Assembly: GCF_000737315.1 (NCBI RefSeq)
Contig: NZ_JMCB01000004.1
Location: 20,001-268,000, forward strand
Direction of reading: 5' to 3'
DNA length: 248,000 bases
Origin: Hyalangium minutum
GTDB taxonomy: Bacteria > Myxococcota > Myxococcia > Myxococcales > Myxococcaceae
The position numbers and the translations under genes were made by a program. The notes beneath the pieces were generated by a model. It did no database searches and was not told the origin of the DNA. It worked only from the letters and a program-made list of their open reading frames with translations. Shown in pieces: positions 229,601 to 239,188 of this stretch; the first letter of the stretch is position 1, and each line of letters opens with the position of its first letter.

Positions 229601-232600
229601 ATCGCCGCGCACTCCCCGCGCCGGGGAGGGGAGAGGCCGCCACCGGGCCTCGCACGCCCATGGAGGAGCTCGTCGCCCAGGCCTTCGAGCAGGTCCTGTG
229701 GCGGAGCCCCGTGGGCCTCCACGAGGACTTCTTCCAGATCGGAGGCAACCCCCGCCTGGCGTTGCAGGCCGTCGAGCGCATCAGCGCCGCTGTGAACGCG
229801 GAGGTCCGGCTGTCGGATCTCCTCAAGAACCCTGCCGTTGCTTCCCTGAGCCGCGTGATCAGCGAGCGCCAGGGTCGCAGGGCGCCGTCTCCCGCCGGGC
229901 TCGAGCTTGCTCCGGAGAGTGCTCGCGCGGCCTTGTCGTTCGCGCAAGAGCGGCTCTGGTTCCTGGAGCAGCTCTACCCGGGCACCGCGGTGCACCATCT
230001 CTCCATGGCGCTCCGGCTGAAGGGCGCGCTGGATACGGGCGCGCTCATCGAGAGCCTGGCCGGGATCATCCAGCGGCATCCGGTGCTGGGCATGCGCTTC
230101 ATCGAGCGGGACGGCCGTGTCTGGCAGGAGCCTCGGGCGCAGGGCGAAGTGCCCTTCGAGCTGGCCGTGCCCGGCCCTGTCTCGGCCACGGAGCTTCGCC
230201 GGCTGCTCGTGGAGGAGGCGGCGCGTCCCTTTGATCTGGCCAACGGTCCGCTCTTCCGTGCACGGCTCTTCCGGATCGAAGACAGCGAGCACGTCCTGGT
230301 CACGACGATGCATCACGCCGTGGGCGACCCCGCGTCGCTCCGCGTCCTCTTGCGGGAGCTCTCTCAGTTCTACACCGCGCACGCCTTGGGCCGGCCCGCC
230401 CAGCTCCCCGCGCTGGCCTCGGACTTCCTGAGCCACGCGCGCGAGCAGCGGCGCTCACTCCAGGGTGAGGCGCTGGAGGAGCGGCTGGGGTACTGGAAGA
230501 AGAACCTCAGCGGCGCGCCTGGGACCCTGAGCCTGCCAGCGGATCGGGTGCGGCCACCCCAGCCTGGCTTCCGGGGTGCCACGCAACGGCTCGCGCTCAG
230601 CCGCGCGGTCAGCAAGGGGCTGGAGACGCTGAGCGAGCGCCTGGAGGTGGCGGGCCTCGAGGTCCTCTTGAGCGGCTTCGCGGCCTATCTCGCGCGCATC
230701 ACAGGACAGGAGGACATCGTCATCGGCCTGCCCGTGGTCCACCGTGAGCGGGGGGAGCTCCAGCCGCTGATCGGTCGTTTCGAGGGGGCCCTGCCGATCC
230801 GCATCGATCTGTCCTCCAACCCCACCTTCGAGGAGCTCATTACCCGCGTCCACCGGGCCGCCCTCGGCGCGTACGCCCACCAGGATGTTCCGCTCGAGAA
230901 GATCGTCGAAGCCGTGGATGCCGAGCGCGATCTGAGCCAGACGCCCCTGTTCCAGGTTCTGCTCTGGCTCCAGGAGGAGGCCGAGGGCCGCGTGGCCCTC
231001 CCGGGGCTGACCCTCGAGCCGTTCAGCCTGGAGCTCGGGACCGCGAAGTTCGACCTCGCGCTCCTCTTCGAGCCTGTGGCTGGCGAGCTGACGGGCGTGA
231101 TCGAGTACAGCACGGACCTCTTCGACCCGGATCGCATCGAGCGGATGGCCGGGCACATCCTGACGGTCTTCGAAGACGCCGTGGCCTACCCTGGGAAGCG
231201 GCTCTCGGAGCTCTTGCTCCTCCCCGAGGAGGAGCGAAGGACCGTCTCCGCGCTCGCCAGGGGGCGGGTGCTGCCACCGGCCCGCGAGGTCCCTGTCCAC
231301 AAACTCGTGGAGGAGCACGCGCGGCGTGCGCCGGACTCGATCGCGCTCGAGCTGGGCGGAGCGGTGTTGACGTACGGTGAGCTGAATGAGCGGGCGAACC
231401 GCGCCGCGCATCAGCTCATCGCCCTGGGGGCGGGGCCCGAGAAGCTGGTCGCGCTGGCGGCCCCGCGCTCCTTCGAGCTCATCATCGGCCTGCTCGCGAT
231501 CTGGAAGGCGGGGGCCGCCTACGTCCCGCTCGATCTCTCGTACCCCAAGGCCCGGCTCGACACCATCTTCGAGGACTCGGGCGCCGGGCTCATCGTGAGC
231601 ACCCACGCCGCCGAGTCCCGGTGGCGCGTCCCCCACGTGCGCACGCTCTGGATCGACGAGCCCTCGAGTTCCGAGCTCAGCGGCAACCCGGACAGCGGCG
231701 TCCGCATGGAGAATGCCGCCTACGTCATCTACACGTCCGGCTCCACGGGGCAGCCGAAGGGCGTCATCCTCGAGCACCGCGGACTCGCGAATGTCATCGA
231801 GATGCAGCGGCACGAGCTGGGCGCGGACTCGAGCATCGTCATGCTCCAGTTCTCCTCGATCTCCTTCGACGTGTCGGTGTGGGAGATCGTCATGGCCCTC
231901 ACCAACGGGGGGAGGCTCGTGCTCGCCCCGGCGGACACGCTGCTCGCGGGCGAGGAGCTGGCCAAGGTGCTGATCACCCATCGGGTCACGCACATGGTGC
232001 TGCCCCCGACCTCCTATGCGGTGCTCCCCGCGGACCGTGAGTACCCCTCGCTCCGTCTCCTGCTCGCGGCGGGCGAGGCGCTCCCGCCAGAGGTCGTGAA
232101 CACGTGGGCCCGGCCCGGCGTGCAGTTCGTCAACGCGTACGGCCCGACGGAGGTGACCATCATCTGCACGCTCGGAGCGTGCAAGCAGGGGGAGTCCGGC
232201 CCGCCACCGATCGGGCGGCCTGCCTTGAACCTGGAAGGGTATGTGCTCGACAGCCACGGCGCGCTCGTCCCCATCGGCGTCCCGGGGGAGCTGCACCTCG
232301 GGGGCGTGGGGGTCGCCCGGGGCTACTTGAACCGCGAGGAGCTCACGCGGCAGAAGTTCATCCCGCATCCCTTCAAGCCCGGCGAGCGGCTGTACCGAAG
232401 CGGAGATCTGGTGCGGTGGCGCAAGGACGGCAACCTCGAGTACCTGGGACGCATCGATCACCAGGTCAAGCTCCGTGGCTACCGGATCGAGCTGGGTGAG
232501 ATCGAGTCGGTGCTCGCCACCCACCCGGGTGTCGCGAAGGCGGTGACGATCGTCTACTCCGCGGGCGCCTCGGGCGGCGTGAAGCTCCTCGTCGCCTATG

Positions 232601-235600
232601 TCGTCCCGGCCGGTCCGGTGGACGCGCACGCCATCCGCGAGCACGCCAGGAAGCGTCTCCCAGAGTTCATGGTTCCCTCCGAGATCGTCCTGCTGGAGGA
232701 TCTCCCACTCACCTCCAGCGGCAAGGTGGACAGGAAGCGCCTGCCGGCGCCGCGTCTCGAGGAGCACGCAGCGCGCGCGGCCTTCGTGGCCCCCCGCACG
232801 CCCACGGAGCAGACCCTGGCGGCGCTCTGGGAAGAGCTGCTCGAGAAGCGGCCGATTGGAACGGGGGACAACTTCTTCCAGCTCGGCGGCCACTCGCTCC
232901 TGGCAGCCCAGGTCATGAGCCGCGTGCGGAGGACGCTGGGCGTCGAGGTGCCGCTCTCCGCCATCTTCGAGCAGCCCACGCTCGCGGCGCTGGCCTCGGT
233001 GATCGCGGCCAAGGAGGCTGCACCGCAGCTCCCGCCGCTGGTGCGGCTGAAGGGGGAGGGGGATCGTCCGCTCTCGTTCGCGCAAGAGCGCCTGCGCTTC
233101 CTCGCGGAGCTCGAGGGTGACAGCGCGGCGTACAACATCCCGATCGCGCTCCGCCTGCGAGGGCAGCTCGACGAGGGCGCTCTGTCGCGAAGCCTCAGGC
233201 AGGTGGTGGAGCGCCACGAACCCCTCCGCACCCGCTTCCCGCTCGTGGAGGGCCAGCCGGTGGCCCGTCTGGTGGAGGGAGACATTCCCCTGGTCACCGA
233301 GGATCTCCGCGGCTCCGGTGCGCCGCCGCTCGACAGGCGCTTGAGGGAGGAGTCCACCCGTCCCTTTTCGCTCGAGCACGGCCCCGTCGTTCGCGCGCAC
233401 CTGTTCAAGGCCGCCGAGCAGGAGCATGTGCTCCTGGTGGTGATGCACCACATCGTGTCCGACGGCTGGTCGTTCGGCGTCATGATGCGCGAGCTCTCGG
233501 CGATCTACGCGGCGCAGGTCCGTGGAGAGACGCTGACGCTCCCGGAGCTCCCCATCCAGTACGCGGACTACGCGGCGTGGCAGCGGAGCTGGCTCGATGG
233601 TCACGTCCGTGACCAGCAGCTCGCTTATTGGCGGAGCGCCCTCGCGGGGGCCCCGGCCGTGCTGGAGCTGCCGGCGGATAGACCTCGCCCCACCGTCCGG
233701 AGCCATCGTGGCGCGGTCGAGCTCCTGGCGCTGGACCGTGACGTGACGCAAGTGCTCACCGCCCTCTGCCGTCAGGAGGGTGTGACGTCCTACATGGCGC
233801 TCCTCGCGGCTTTCGGCGCCTGGCTCGGCCGTGTGAGCGGGCAGGAGGATGTGGTCATCGGCTCGCCCTTCGCGGGCCGCCGGATTGCCGAGACAGAGCC
233901 GCTGATCGGCTTCTTCGTGAACACGCTACCGCTGCGCGTCGATCTCAGTGGTGACCCGTCCTTCCTCGAGCTCCTCCAGCGCGTGAGGCGCCAGGTGCTC
234001 GCGGCCCACGAGAACCAGGACGTCCCCTTCGAGAAGCTCGTCGAGAAGCTCAACCCGGAGCGCGTCCTGGGGACCAGCCCGATCTTCCAGGTCATGCTCG
234101 CGTTCCAGCAGGCGCAGCCGGATGGGATGGAGCTGCCGGGCCTCGAGGTCAAGCCGGTGTCCATGCTGACCGGGACCGCCAAGTTCGATCTCACCCTCTC
234201 GGTGGAAGAGACGGCGCGGGGCGTCCAGGGCTGGCTCGAGTACGACGTCGACCTGTTCGACGCCTGGCGCGTCCAGGCGATGGTGCGCCAGTTGACCGGC
234301 TTCATCGCGAGCCTCGCCGCCGCTCCGAAGGCGAGGCTCTCGGAGGCGGATCTGCTGAGCGCCGAGGAGCGCGCGAAGCTCGTCCCCAGCGCTCCCGAGG
234401 AGATGCCCCGTCTCCCGGCGGTCCATGAGGCCATCGCGGCACAGGCTCGGAAGACCCCCGCGGCCATCGCCGTCGAGGCTGAGGATGGCACGCTCAGCTA
234501 CGAGGAGCTGGAGGCTCGTGCGGGCGCCGTCGCCCATGAGCTCGTCCGGCGAGGCGTCACTCCGGGGGCGCTGGTGGCCATCGCGGTGGAGCGCTCCCTG
234601 GGGATGATGGTGGGGCTGCTGGGCATCCTGAAGGCCGGGGGCGCCTACGTCCCGCTTGACCCCGCGTATCCGCGCGAGCGGCTGGCCTTCATGCTCGAGG
234701 ACAGCGGCGCCCGGGTGGTCATCACCCAGGAGCACCTCGCGCCGATGTTCCCGGATGCCGAGGTGCTGGTCCTCGATGCGGCCCGGCAGGGTTCGTTCGA
234801 GCCGCGGAGCGGAGCGCTCGCCTACTGCCTGTTCACCTCGGGATCGACCGGTCAGCCGAAGGGCGTCCTGATCGAGCACTCGAGCCTCGCCAACCACATG
234901 GAGTGGATGAACGAGGCCCTGCCGCTGGGTCCAGAGGACCGCGTGCTCCAGCGGACGTCGCTCAGCTTCGATGCGTCGGTCTGGGAGCTGTTCGCGCCGC
235001 TGATGGTCGGGGCCCGCCTCGTGCTCGCGCCCCACGGCCTGGGCGCGGACACCGAGCACCTGGTCCGTGTGCTGCGTGAGCGCGGGATCACCGTGCTTCA
235101 GCTCGTGCCCTCACTGTTGACGGCGCTGGTGGAGGAGCCAGGGCTTGCAGGCGTCTCCACGCTCCGGCGCGTGTGCGTGGGAGGAGAGCCCCTGCCTTCG
235201 GCCACCGTGAAGAAGCTCTTCAGCGTCTGCAACGTGGAGATCTGGAACCTCTACGGGCCCACGGAGGCGACCATCGATGCGCTCGCGCACCGGTGCCGGC
235301 CAGAGGAGGTGGGGGCACACGGCGCGACCGAGCCCATCGGTCTGCCGATCCGTCGAATGAAGGCGCTGATCCTGGACGGCAGGCTTCGTCCTGTCCCGGA
235401 TGGGCTGCCCGGCGAGCTCTACCTCTCCGGGCCTGGGCTGGCGCGCGGCTACCTGAACCGGCCCGAGCTGACCGAGTCGCGCTTCATCGAGCACGCCTTC
235501 CCTGGAGGCCCGCGGCTGCGGATGTACAAGACGGGCGACATCGTCCGGCGTCAGGCGGATGGGACGCTCCTCTTCACCGGCCGTGCGGACCGGCAGGTGA

Positions 235601-237048
235601 AGCTGCGCGGCTATCGGATCGAGCTCGGTGAGATCGAAGGCGCGCTCGGCCGCCATCCGGCGGTGCGGGAAGCGGTCGCGCTGGTGAGAGGCACGAGCGG
235701 GGACGCTCGCCTGGTGGCGTTCGTGGTCCCCAGGGCTGGCGCGAAGCAGCCCGAGGCTTCCGAGCTCCGGGGCTTCGTGGAGCGGCAGCTCGCGGCGCAC
235801 ATGGTGCCAGGACAGTTCGTCCTCTTGGAGGAGCTCCCCCATGCTCCCAACGGCAAGGTGGACGTTCGCGCGCTGGGGGCGATGGAGCTGGCCGAGGAGC
235901 GCGGCACCTCACGGGGTGGCATCCCGCGCGACGCCATGGAGCTGGAGCTCGTCCGGTTGTTCGAGGAGATCCTCGGTGTCCGCTCGGTGGGGATCCACGA
236001 CAGCTTCTTCGAGCTCGGTGGCCACTCCCTGCTCGCGCTCAAGCTGAAGCTCGCGGTCGAGAAGCGGCTCCAGCGCCCGCTCCCCTTGGTGTCCCTGTTC
236101 CGGAATCCGGCGCCCGCGCAGCTCGCGGAGCTCCTTCGGAGCGGCACCTCAGCAGCGTCCCCACTGGTTCCGCTCACGCCGTCCGCCCGCGCGCTTCTGG
236201 CCTCCGAACCCGCGGGCAGCGGGGCTCGCCGTGCGCCCGCGCTCTTCCTGGTTCCGGGCGGTGGCTCCACGCCGTTCTACCTTGTCTCCCTGGCACGGCA
236301 TCTGGAGGGAACCGCTGTATTCGGCCTTCAGCCGCGCGGGCTCGACGGGGAGGCCCCGCCTTTCGAGAAGCTCGAGGACATGGCCGCCTGGTACGCGGAT
236401 GCGATCCTCTCCGTGCAGCCCGAGGGGCCCTACTTCGTGGGGGGCCACTCGATGGGTGGGCAGATCGCCTATGAGATCGCGCAAGAGCTCAAGGCGCGCG
236501 GCCACGAGATCGGCGTCGTGGCGCTCCTGGACACCCTGGCGCCGTTCCCGGAGGCGACGCGGCCGCTCGGCGAGGGCTGGGACACCGCGCAATGGTTGGT
236601 CCACCTCGCCGGGGTGATGGAGAGCTTCTTCAACGTCAAGCTTGGCCTGGAGCTGAGCGAGGTGCGCGCGATGAGCGACGCCGAGCGCCTGGAGTCCTTC
236701 GTGGTGCGCCTCCAGTCCGCCGCGGTCCTGCCGGCTGGCGCGCAGCCGAGCCATGTGATGGGGATCCTCAACGTCACGCGGGCCCTGGACGCGATGAACT
236801 CCCAGCCACGCCGCAGGCAGCCTGTCCCCCTCGCGGTGTTCCGCGCCGAGGACAGGGATGGGCCCACCCCACCGGAGCTCGAGGCGCTCTTCGCGGACGA
236901 CACGCTCGGCTGGAACCGCTTCATGCCGGGCTCCAGCACGGCCTACCGGGTTCCGGGCTCGCACCTGACGCTGATCCGAGAGCCCCACGTTGGGGGCCTC
237001 GCCCGGGACCTGTTGGGGCGCCTGACGGGCCTCACCTCCAAGCCATGA
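223648..237048 (+). CDS. mchC: NRPS C-A(Leu)-T-C-A*-T*-C-A(Ala)-T-C-A(Gln)-T-TE (MchC)
   Basis: A3 DAWFLGNVVK; A4 degenerate (YASGSGGEPKG), T4 GGNP lacks Ser; A5 DVWVLAAIIK; A6 DAWQCGLIDK; TE GHSMG. Confidence 0.88.
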   Translation: MTEAELIEDIYELAPMQHGLLFHSLLEPSAGMYVEQLSCELRGRLSLDQWKAAWQHVLARHAILRSSFLWEGLEKPVQVVAKEAELPWHLEDLRGATREEQERRIESFLNEDRLRGFELASPPLLRCALLRLGEEHYRFVWTYHHLLLDGWCFAIVLREVLESFAGGLESLPPPARPYRDYITWLQEQDPTRAESFWRELLRGFEQPTPLPFMERRQASKSAHGAQPEVVKHLPRELTARLATFAKEHRLTLNTLVQGAWGLLLGRTTGTDDVIFGVTVSGRPSELAGSESIVGLFINTVPLRARLDGSATIPAFLSALQAQQSSFEPHVYVSLADIQLWSDAPHDRPLFESLLVFENYPIDRSTLLERSGLEISSIHAQERINYPLAVVAIPGESLELRVMYQEDTFSRAAAERLARLLETALGALLTAKTVGEIDFLDEPARRVLAEWGQNPRVFDHRAPVHELVALVARSTPGALAVVGADGQKLTYLELNERAERVARRLRLLGAGRERIVGVCIGSSVERVVGLLGVLKAGAAYMPLDPNYPSERLAYLVGDASPTAILNAGADPVPDTRIPRLDVARVSLEAAASDAPARDASHLEDLAYVIYTSGSTGAPKGVLASHQNLLNLVSWHTEAFGLTAKDRTTHLASIAFDAAVWEIWPTLAAGATLHLVPPELPAAPDELSRWLVERQITISFLPTAVAEAALALPWPADCSLRFMLTGGDRLHLVPPPGLPFRLVNNYGPTETTVVATSGIVEAESRNGLPSIGRPIANARIYILDRMRRPVLPGVIGELYIGGAGVTRGYLNRPELSASRFFPDPFSDAPAARMYASGDLAQFRADGTLAFHGRVDRQVQVRGVRVEPGEIEAVLAEYPGVSAAAVVGVDSQGNGDIRLVGFAACASQNPPGADALASYLGEKLPEVMVPRQIIILSELPLTPNGKVDSAALEARAREEQVHTEHIAPRTPHEEILAGIWSAVLGQDRIGVEEDFFALGGHSLKATQVIARAREAFGIDLPVRAIFERRTIALLAEAVAGHGASSEPIPRLEQSGDGPLSPGQESLWFIDALGGNTEAYNVPLVIRLTGTLDTAAVARALALLVERHEVLRTTFHERAGVPVQRIGPSPASVLSSEDVTPELLERRISEEITTPFSLTTGPLFRARLFRQAPDTHTLVINQHHIIVDAWSVSVLLREFCIAYAAFASGERPELPELPNRYTDWVAWQNQRLVAGRLEEGLAYWRQTLKGAPQVLTLPGDRPRPTRQSFRGKTLSFALEGSIGRRLEALSRGSGASLFMTLLSAFAAYLGRLSGQDEIVIGSPTANRDRRETEGMVGYFLNTIALRIDLSEDPPFTELLQRVRKAALDGYSYQDIPFEKVVAALELPRALSHNPLFQVMFSLQGQSGGEIQLPGVRATLPTTESPTSKFDLTLFVEPREDSFACLLEYNTDIFDEDRIRRMATHLVRVLEAVAEEPELRVSEVPLLAPEERQLIAQLAQPGRLDDSRTLLELFERQVEKTPEAAALEHRGDVRTYRQLSQEAEALAVRLAALGAGPDVRVAICLERSITALVSVLAVLKAGATYVPLEPSEPPERLQAILGDAKARVLIAEKKYRDLNLPPGVEFLWMDGGGAPAVKAPRPRTASHHLACVLYASGSGGEPKGVAMPHRALLNLTAWHTAQPRPLRTLQYGLLNTGASLQEIFSTWCSGGTLVLAGDANRLAPRALVQLLEEARIQRLFLPAGALHPLAREAVNTHRPLPDLEEIIAAGEQLRITDPIRQWFVASKKRLRCQYSVAEAYVVAAHELTGSPESWPGLPPIGRPIPNTAIYLLDTDQRSVPVGVPGEIYVSGACLADGYLLRPELTAERFLELSVDPPVRAFQTGDLGRLRRDGTVEFLGRADGQILVRGIRVEPGEVERALCAHPSILDAVAVAAGDPTRAQRLVAYVTPETVRIDELPAFLSERVPEYMVPSQFVALPELPRTPGGKLDRRALPAPGRGEAATGPRTPMEELVAQAFEQVLWRSPVGLHEDFFQIGGNPRLALQAVERISAAVNAEVRLSDLLKNPAVASLSRVISERQGRRAPSPAGLELAPESARAALSFAQERLWFLEQLYPGTAVHHLSMALRLKGALDTGALIESLAGIIQRHPVLGMRFIERDGRVWQEPRAQGEVPFELAVPGPVSATELRRLLVEEAARPFDLANGPLFRARLFRIEDSEHVLVTTMHHAVGDPASLRVLLRELSQFYTAHALGRPAQLPALASDFLSHAREQRRSLQGEALEERLGYWKKNLSGAPGTLSLPADRVRPPQPGFRGATQRLALSRAVSKGLETLSERLEVAGLEVLLSGFAAYLARITGQEDIVIGLPVVHRERGELQPLIGRFEGALPIRIDLSSNPTFEELITRVHRAALGAYAHQDVPLEKIVEAVDAERDLSQTPLFQVLLWLQEEAEGRVALPGLTLEPFSLELGTAKFDLALLFEPVAGELTGVIEYSTDLFDPDRIERMAGHILTVFEDAVAYPGKRLSELLLLPEEERRTVSALARGRVLPPAREVPVHKLVEEHARRAPDSIALELGGAVLTYGELNERANRAAHQLIALGAGPEKLVALAAPRSFELIIGLLAIWKAGAAYVPLDLSYPKARLDTIFEDSGAGLIVSTHAAESRWRVPHVRTLWIDEPSSSELSGNPDSGVRMENAAYVIYTSGSTGQPKGVILEHRGLANVIEMQRHELGADSSIVMLQFSSISFDVSVWEIVMALTNGGRLVLAPADTLLAGEELAKVLITHRVTHMVLPPTSYAVLPADREYPSLRLLLAAGEALPPEVVNTWARPGVQFVNAYGPTEVTIICTLGACKQGESGPPPIGRPALNLEGYVLDSHGALVPIGVPGELHLGGVGVARGYLNREELTRQKFIPHPFKPGERLYRSGDLVRWRKDGNLEYLGRIDHQVKLRGYRIELGEIESVLATHPGVAKAVTIVYSAGASGGVKLLVAYVVPAGPVDAHAIREHARKRLPEFMVPSEIVLLEDLPLTSSGKVDRKRLPAPRLEEHAARAAFVAPRTPTEQTLAALWEELLEKRPIGTGDNFFQLGGHSLLAAQVMSRVRRTLGVEVPLSAIFEQPTLAALASVIAAKEAAPQLPPLVRLKGEGDRPLSFAQERLRFLAELEGDSAAYNIPIALRLRGQLDEGALSRSLRQVVERHEPLRTRFPLVEGQPVARLVEGDIPLVTEDLRGSGAPPLDRRLREESTRPFSLEHGPVVRAHLFKAAEQEHVLLVVMHHIVSDGWSFGVMMRELSAIYAAQVRGETLTLPELPIQYADYAAWQRSWLDGHVRDQQLAYWRSALAGAPAVLELPADRPRPTVRSHRGAVELLALDRDVTQVLTALCRQEGVTSYMALLAAFGAWLGRVSGQEDVVIGSPFAGRRIAETEPLIGFFVNTLPLRVDLSGDPSFLELLQRVRRQVLAAHENQDVPFEKLVEKLNPERVLGTSPIFQVMLAFQQAQPDGMELPGLEVKPVSMLTGTAKFDLTLSVEETARGVQGWLEYDVDLFDAWRVQAMVRQLTGFIASLAAAPKARLSEADLLSAEERAKLVPSAPEEMPRLPAVHEAIAAQARKTPAAIAVEAEDGTLSYEELEARAGAVAHELVRRGVTPGALVAIAVERSLGMMVGLLGILKAGGAYVPLDPAYPRERLAFMLEDSGARVVITQEHLAPMFPDAEVLVLDAARQGSFEPRSGALAYCLFTSGSTGQPKGVLIEHSSLANHMEWMNEALPLGPEDRVLQRTSLSFDASVWELFAPLMVGARLVLAPHGLGADTEHLVRVLRERGITVLQLVPSLLTALVEEPGLAGVSTLRRVCVGGEPLPSATVKKLFSVCNVEIWNLYGPTEATIDALAHRCRPEEVGAHGATEPIGLPIRRMKALILDGRLRPVPDGLPGELYLSGPGLARGYLNRPELTESRFIEHAFPGGPRLRMYKTGDIVRRQADGTLLFTGRADRQVKLRGYRIELGEIEGALGRHPAVREAVALVRGTSGDARLVAFVVPRAGAKQPEASELRGFVERQLAAHMVPGQFVLLEELPHAPNGKVDVRALGAMELAEERGTSRGGIPRDAMELELVRLFEEILGVRSVGIHDSFFELGGHSLLALKLKLAVEKRLQRPLPLVSLFRNPAPAQLAELLRSGTSAASPLVPLTPSARALLASEPAGSGARRAPALFLVPGGGSTPFYLVSLARHLEGTAVFGLQPRGLDGEAPPFEKLEDMAAWYADAILSVQPEGPYFVGGHSMGGQIAYEIAQELKARGHEIGVVALLDTLAPFPEATRPLGEGWDTAQWLVHLAGVMESFFNVKLGLELSEVRAMSDAERLESFVVRLQSAAVLPAGAQPSHVMGILNVTRALDAMNSQPRRRQPVPLAVFRAEDRDGPTPPELEALFADDTLGWNRFMPGSSTAYRVPGSHLTLIREPHVGGLARDLLGRLTGLTSKP

Positions 237049-237518
237049 GCTTCCAGATCCTGCTCAGACTCCTGCACCTCTTCGCCGTGGTGGTGTTCCT
237101 GGGCGACATTGCAGTGACCGCCGTCTGGAGATTGCTCGCGGACCAGACCCGGGAGCCACGGGTGATTGTCTATGCCCTGCGCCTGGTGCTGATCACCGAC
237201 AGGTATCTGCTGATGCCGAGCGCCCTGGTGCTCGCCGCCACCGGTTTCCTGATCGCCCACCTTCGGGACATCCCGATCTGGTCGATTCCCTCCTATGCCG
237301 TGGCGCAGATCCTCTTCATGTTGTCCGGCGTGCTCTGGAACCTGGTGCTTCGTCCCATTCAGGGCAGGCAGCTGGCCATCGCCGAGTCCCTGGGGGCCTC
237401 GGGTGAGCGCTTCGATGAATATCTGCTGCTCACGAAGAGGTGGCTCCGCTGGGGCATCCTGACGATGCTGTGCGCTTTCGGGTCCATGGCCCTGATGGTT
237501 CTTGCCAGAGGCGCATAG
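237045..237518 (+). CDS. mchD: Membrane protein (DUF2269-like; MchD)
   Basis: Four TMs; ATGA overlap with mchC. Confidence 0.75.
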   Translation: MSFQILLRLLHLFAVVVFLGDIAVTAVWRLLADQTREPRVIVYALRLVLITDRYLLMPSALVLAATGFLIAHLRDIPIWSIPSYAVAQILFMLSGVLWNLVLRPIQGRQLAIAESLGASGERFDEYLLLTKRWLRWGILTMLCAFGSMALMVLARGA

Positions 237519-237644
237519 GACTCCAGCGGCGACACGCGCCAGCCGCCCCAGGCAGACCTCCCAGAAGGTCTCTCCCCTCAGGAGATTGCCTGGGCTTCAG
237601 GTCTCTGGCGCCAGGGCAAGATGTTGACGAGACCTGCAGAGTAG

Positions 237645-238976
237645 GTGTTTTCTGTACGTATGCCCGACACATCCAATTCCTCGTCAAGGGCGGGCAGCGA
237701 CGTCCACCCCATTGACTTCACGGAGCGAAGCACCCTGATCGACGCGCTCCGCGGATTCGCGCTGTGCGGCGTCCTTCTCTCCAACAGCATTGTCTGGTTT
237801 AGCGGCCGCGCCCTCATCCCTGCCGCACAAGCTGAGGCGCTGGCGAGGCCTCCGCTCGAGAAGGTGGTCAGCAACATCTTCCAGCTCTTCGTGAACCAGA
237901 AGTTTCTTACGATCTTCGCGTTTCTCTTCGGGCTGAGCTTCTCCCTCCAGCTTTCGCGCGCGGAGGCACGTGGGGTCGCCATCCTTCCGCTCTACACGCG
238001 GCGGTTGCTGGTGTTGTTGGGCTTTGGCGTGGTGCACTTCTTCGCGCTGTGGACGGGGGACATCCTCCATACCTACGCGCTGGTGGGCTTCCTGCTCTTG
238101 TTGTTCTACAGGAGCTCGAACCGGACGCTGCTCACGTGGTGCGTCGTGTTGCTCGGGGTGGCCCCGCTGCTGATGGCGGCGGGCCTGCGATGGGGGCCGG
238201 TGCTTCTGCATGGCGCGGAGGCGGCCAATGCCCTGAAGGAGATGACCCAGGCTCAAGAAGGGGAGCAGCGGGCGGCATTGCTGGCGGCGCTGGCCAGCGA
238301 CTCCTTCTGGATGTCGCAGCTGGGCAATGCGCGCTTCGGCTTGGAGCTCCTCACGCGTCCTACCCAACTGCTCGTGCTCATACTCACCCTCGGCCGCTTC
238401 CTCCTGGGACTGCTGGCCGGGAGGCTGGGGGTGCTGCAGGACGTCGAGCGCCATCGCCCCTGGCTCCGCCGGATAGGGTGGGGCGGTCTGGTGCTGGGGC
238501 TCCTGATTACCTTCCCTGGGCTGGTGGTGCTTCGCCTGCGCAATGCCGGGGTGTGGACCCCGCCGGACAATCTCGGGATGTTCCTCCTGAACGGCTTCCA
238601 GGATCTGGGCGCCTCGATCCTAGGCGTGGCGTTCGTGTCCTTCTTCGCGCTGATCTTCCAGCGGGAGTGGTGGCGGCGAGTGCTGAGCCTCTTGGCACCC
238701 GTGGGCCGCATGGCGCTCACCAACTACTTGGTGCAGACGGTGGTCAGCCTCTGCATCTATGACGGCTGGGGCTTGGGGCTCATCGGCAGCACGGCAGTGT
238801 CTCGCAGCGCCGTTTTTGCGCTCGGCATCTTCGCCGTGCAGGTGGGAATGAGCCACTGGTGGTTGAAGCACTTCCGCTTTGGTCCGGCCGAATGGCTGTG
238901 GCGCTCGCTCACGTATGGGAGAGCTCAGCCCTTGCGTCATGGCGCCCGAGCGAACTCGGTGGTCAGTACAGACTGA
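237645..238976 (+). CDS. DUF418 membrane protein
   Basis: DALRGFAL, GDILHTY, GRMALTNY, GPAEWLWR. Confidence 0.88.
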   Translation: MFSVRMPDTSNSSSRAGSDVHPIDFTERSTLIDALRGFALCGVLLSNSIVWFSGRALIPAAQAEALARPPLEKVVSNIFQLFVNQKFLTIFAFLFGLSFSLQLSRAEARGVAILPLYTRRLLVLLGFGVVHFFALWTGDILHTYALVGFLLLLFYRSSNRTLLTWCVVLLGVAPLLMAAGLRWGPVLLHGAEAANALKEMTQAQEGEQRAALLAALASDSFWMSQLGNARFGLELLTRPTQLLVLILTLGRFLLGLLAGRLGVLQDVERHRPWLRRIGWGGLVLGLLITFPGLVVLRLRNAGVWTPPDNLGMFLLNGFQDLGASILGVAFVSFFALIFQREWWRRVLSLLAPVGRMALTNYLVQTVVSLCIYDGWGLGLIGSTAVSRSAVFALGIFAVQVGMSHWWLKHFRFGPAEWLWRSLTYGRAQPLRHGARANSVVSTD

Positions 238977-239188
238977 GGTCCGAGTCTCAGTGGAGGGGCA
239001 TCGCCTGCTACAGCCGAACAGGTGATCGGCGTGGCTCGGGACGGGTGATCGACATGATCTGGAGCACGCACATGTGGTGAAGTGGGCGTTGACCTGTGGA
239101 GCGGGTATGTGTCATCTTTTGAACGATTCATCCTGAGAGAGATGATGTGTGCCACGCCCCAATGGGACTCCCCGTATGCGACACCTAA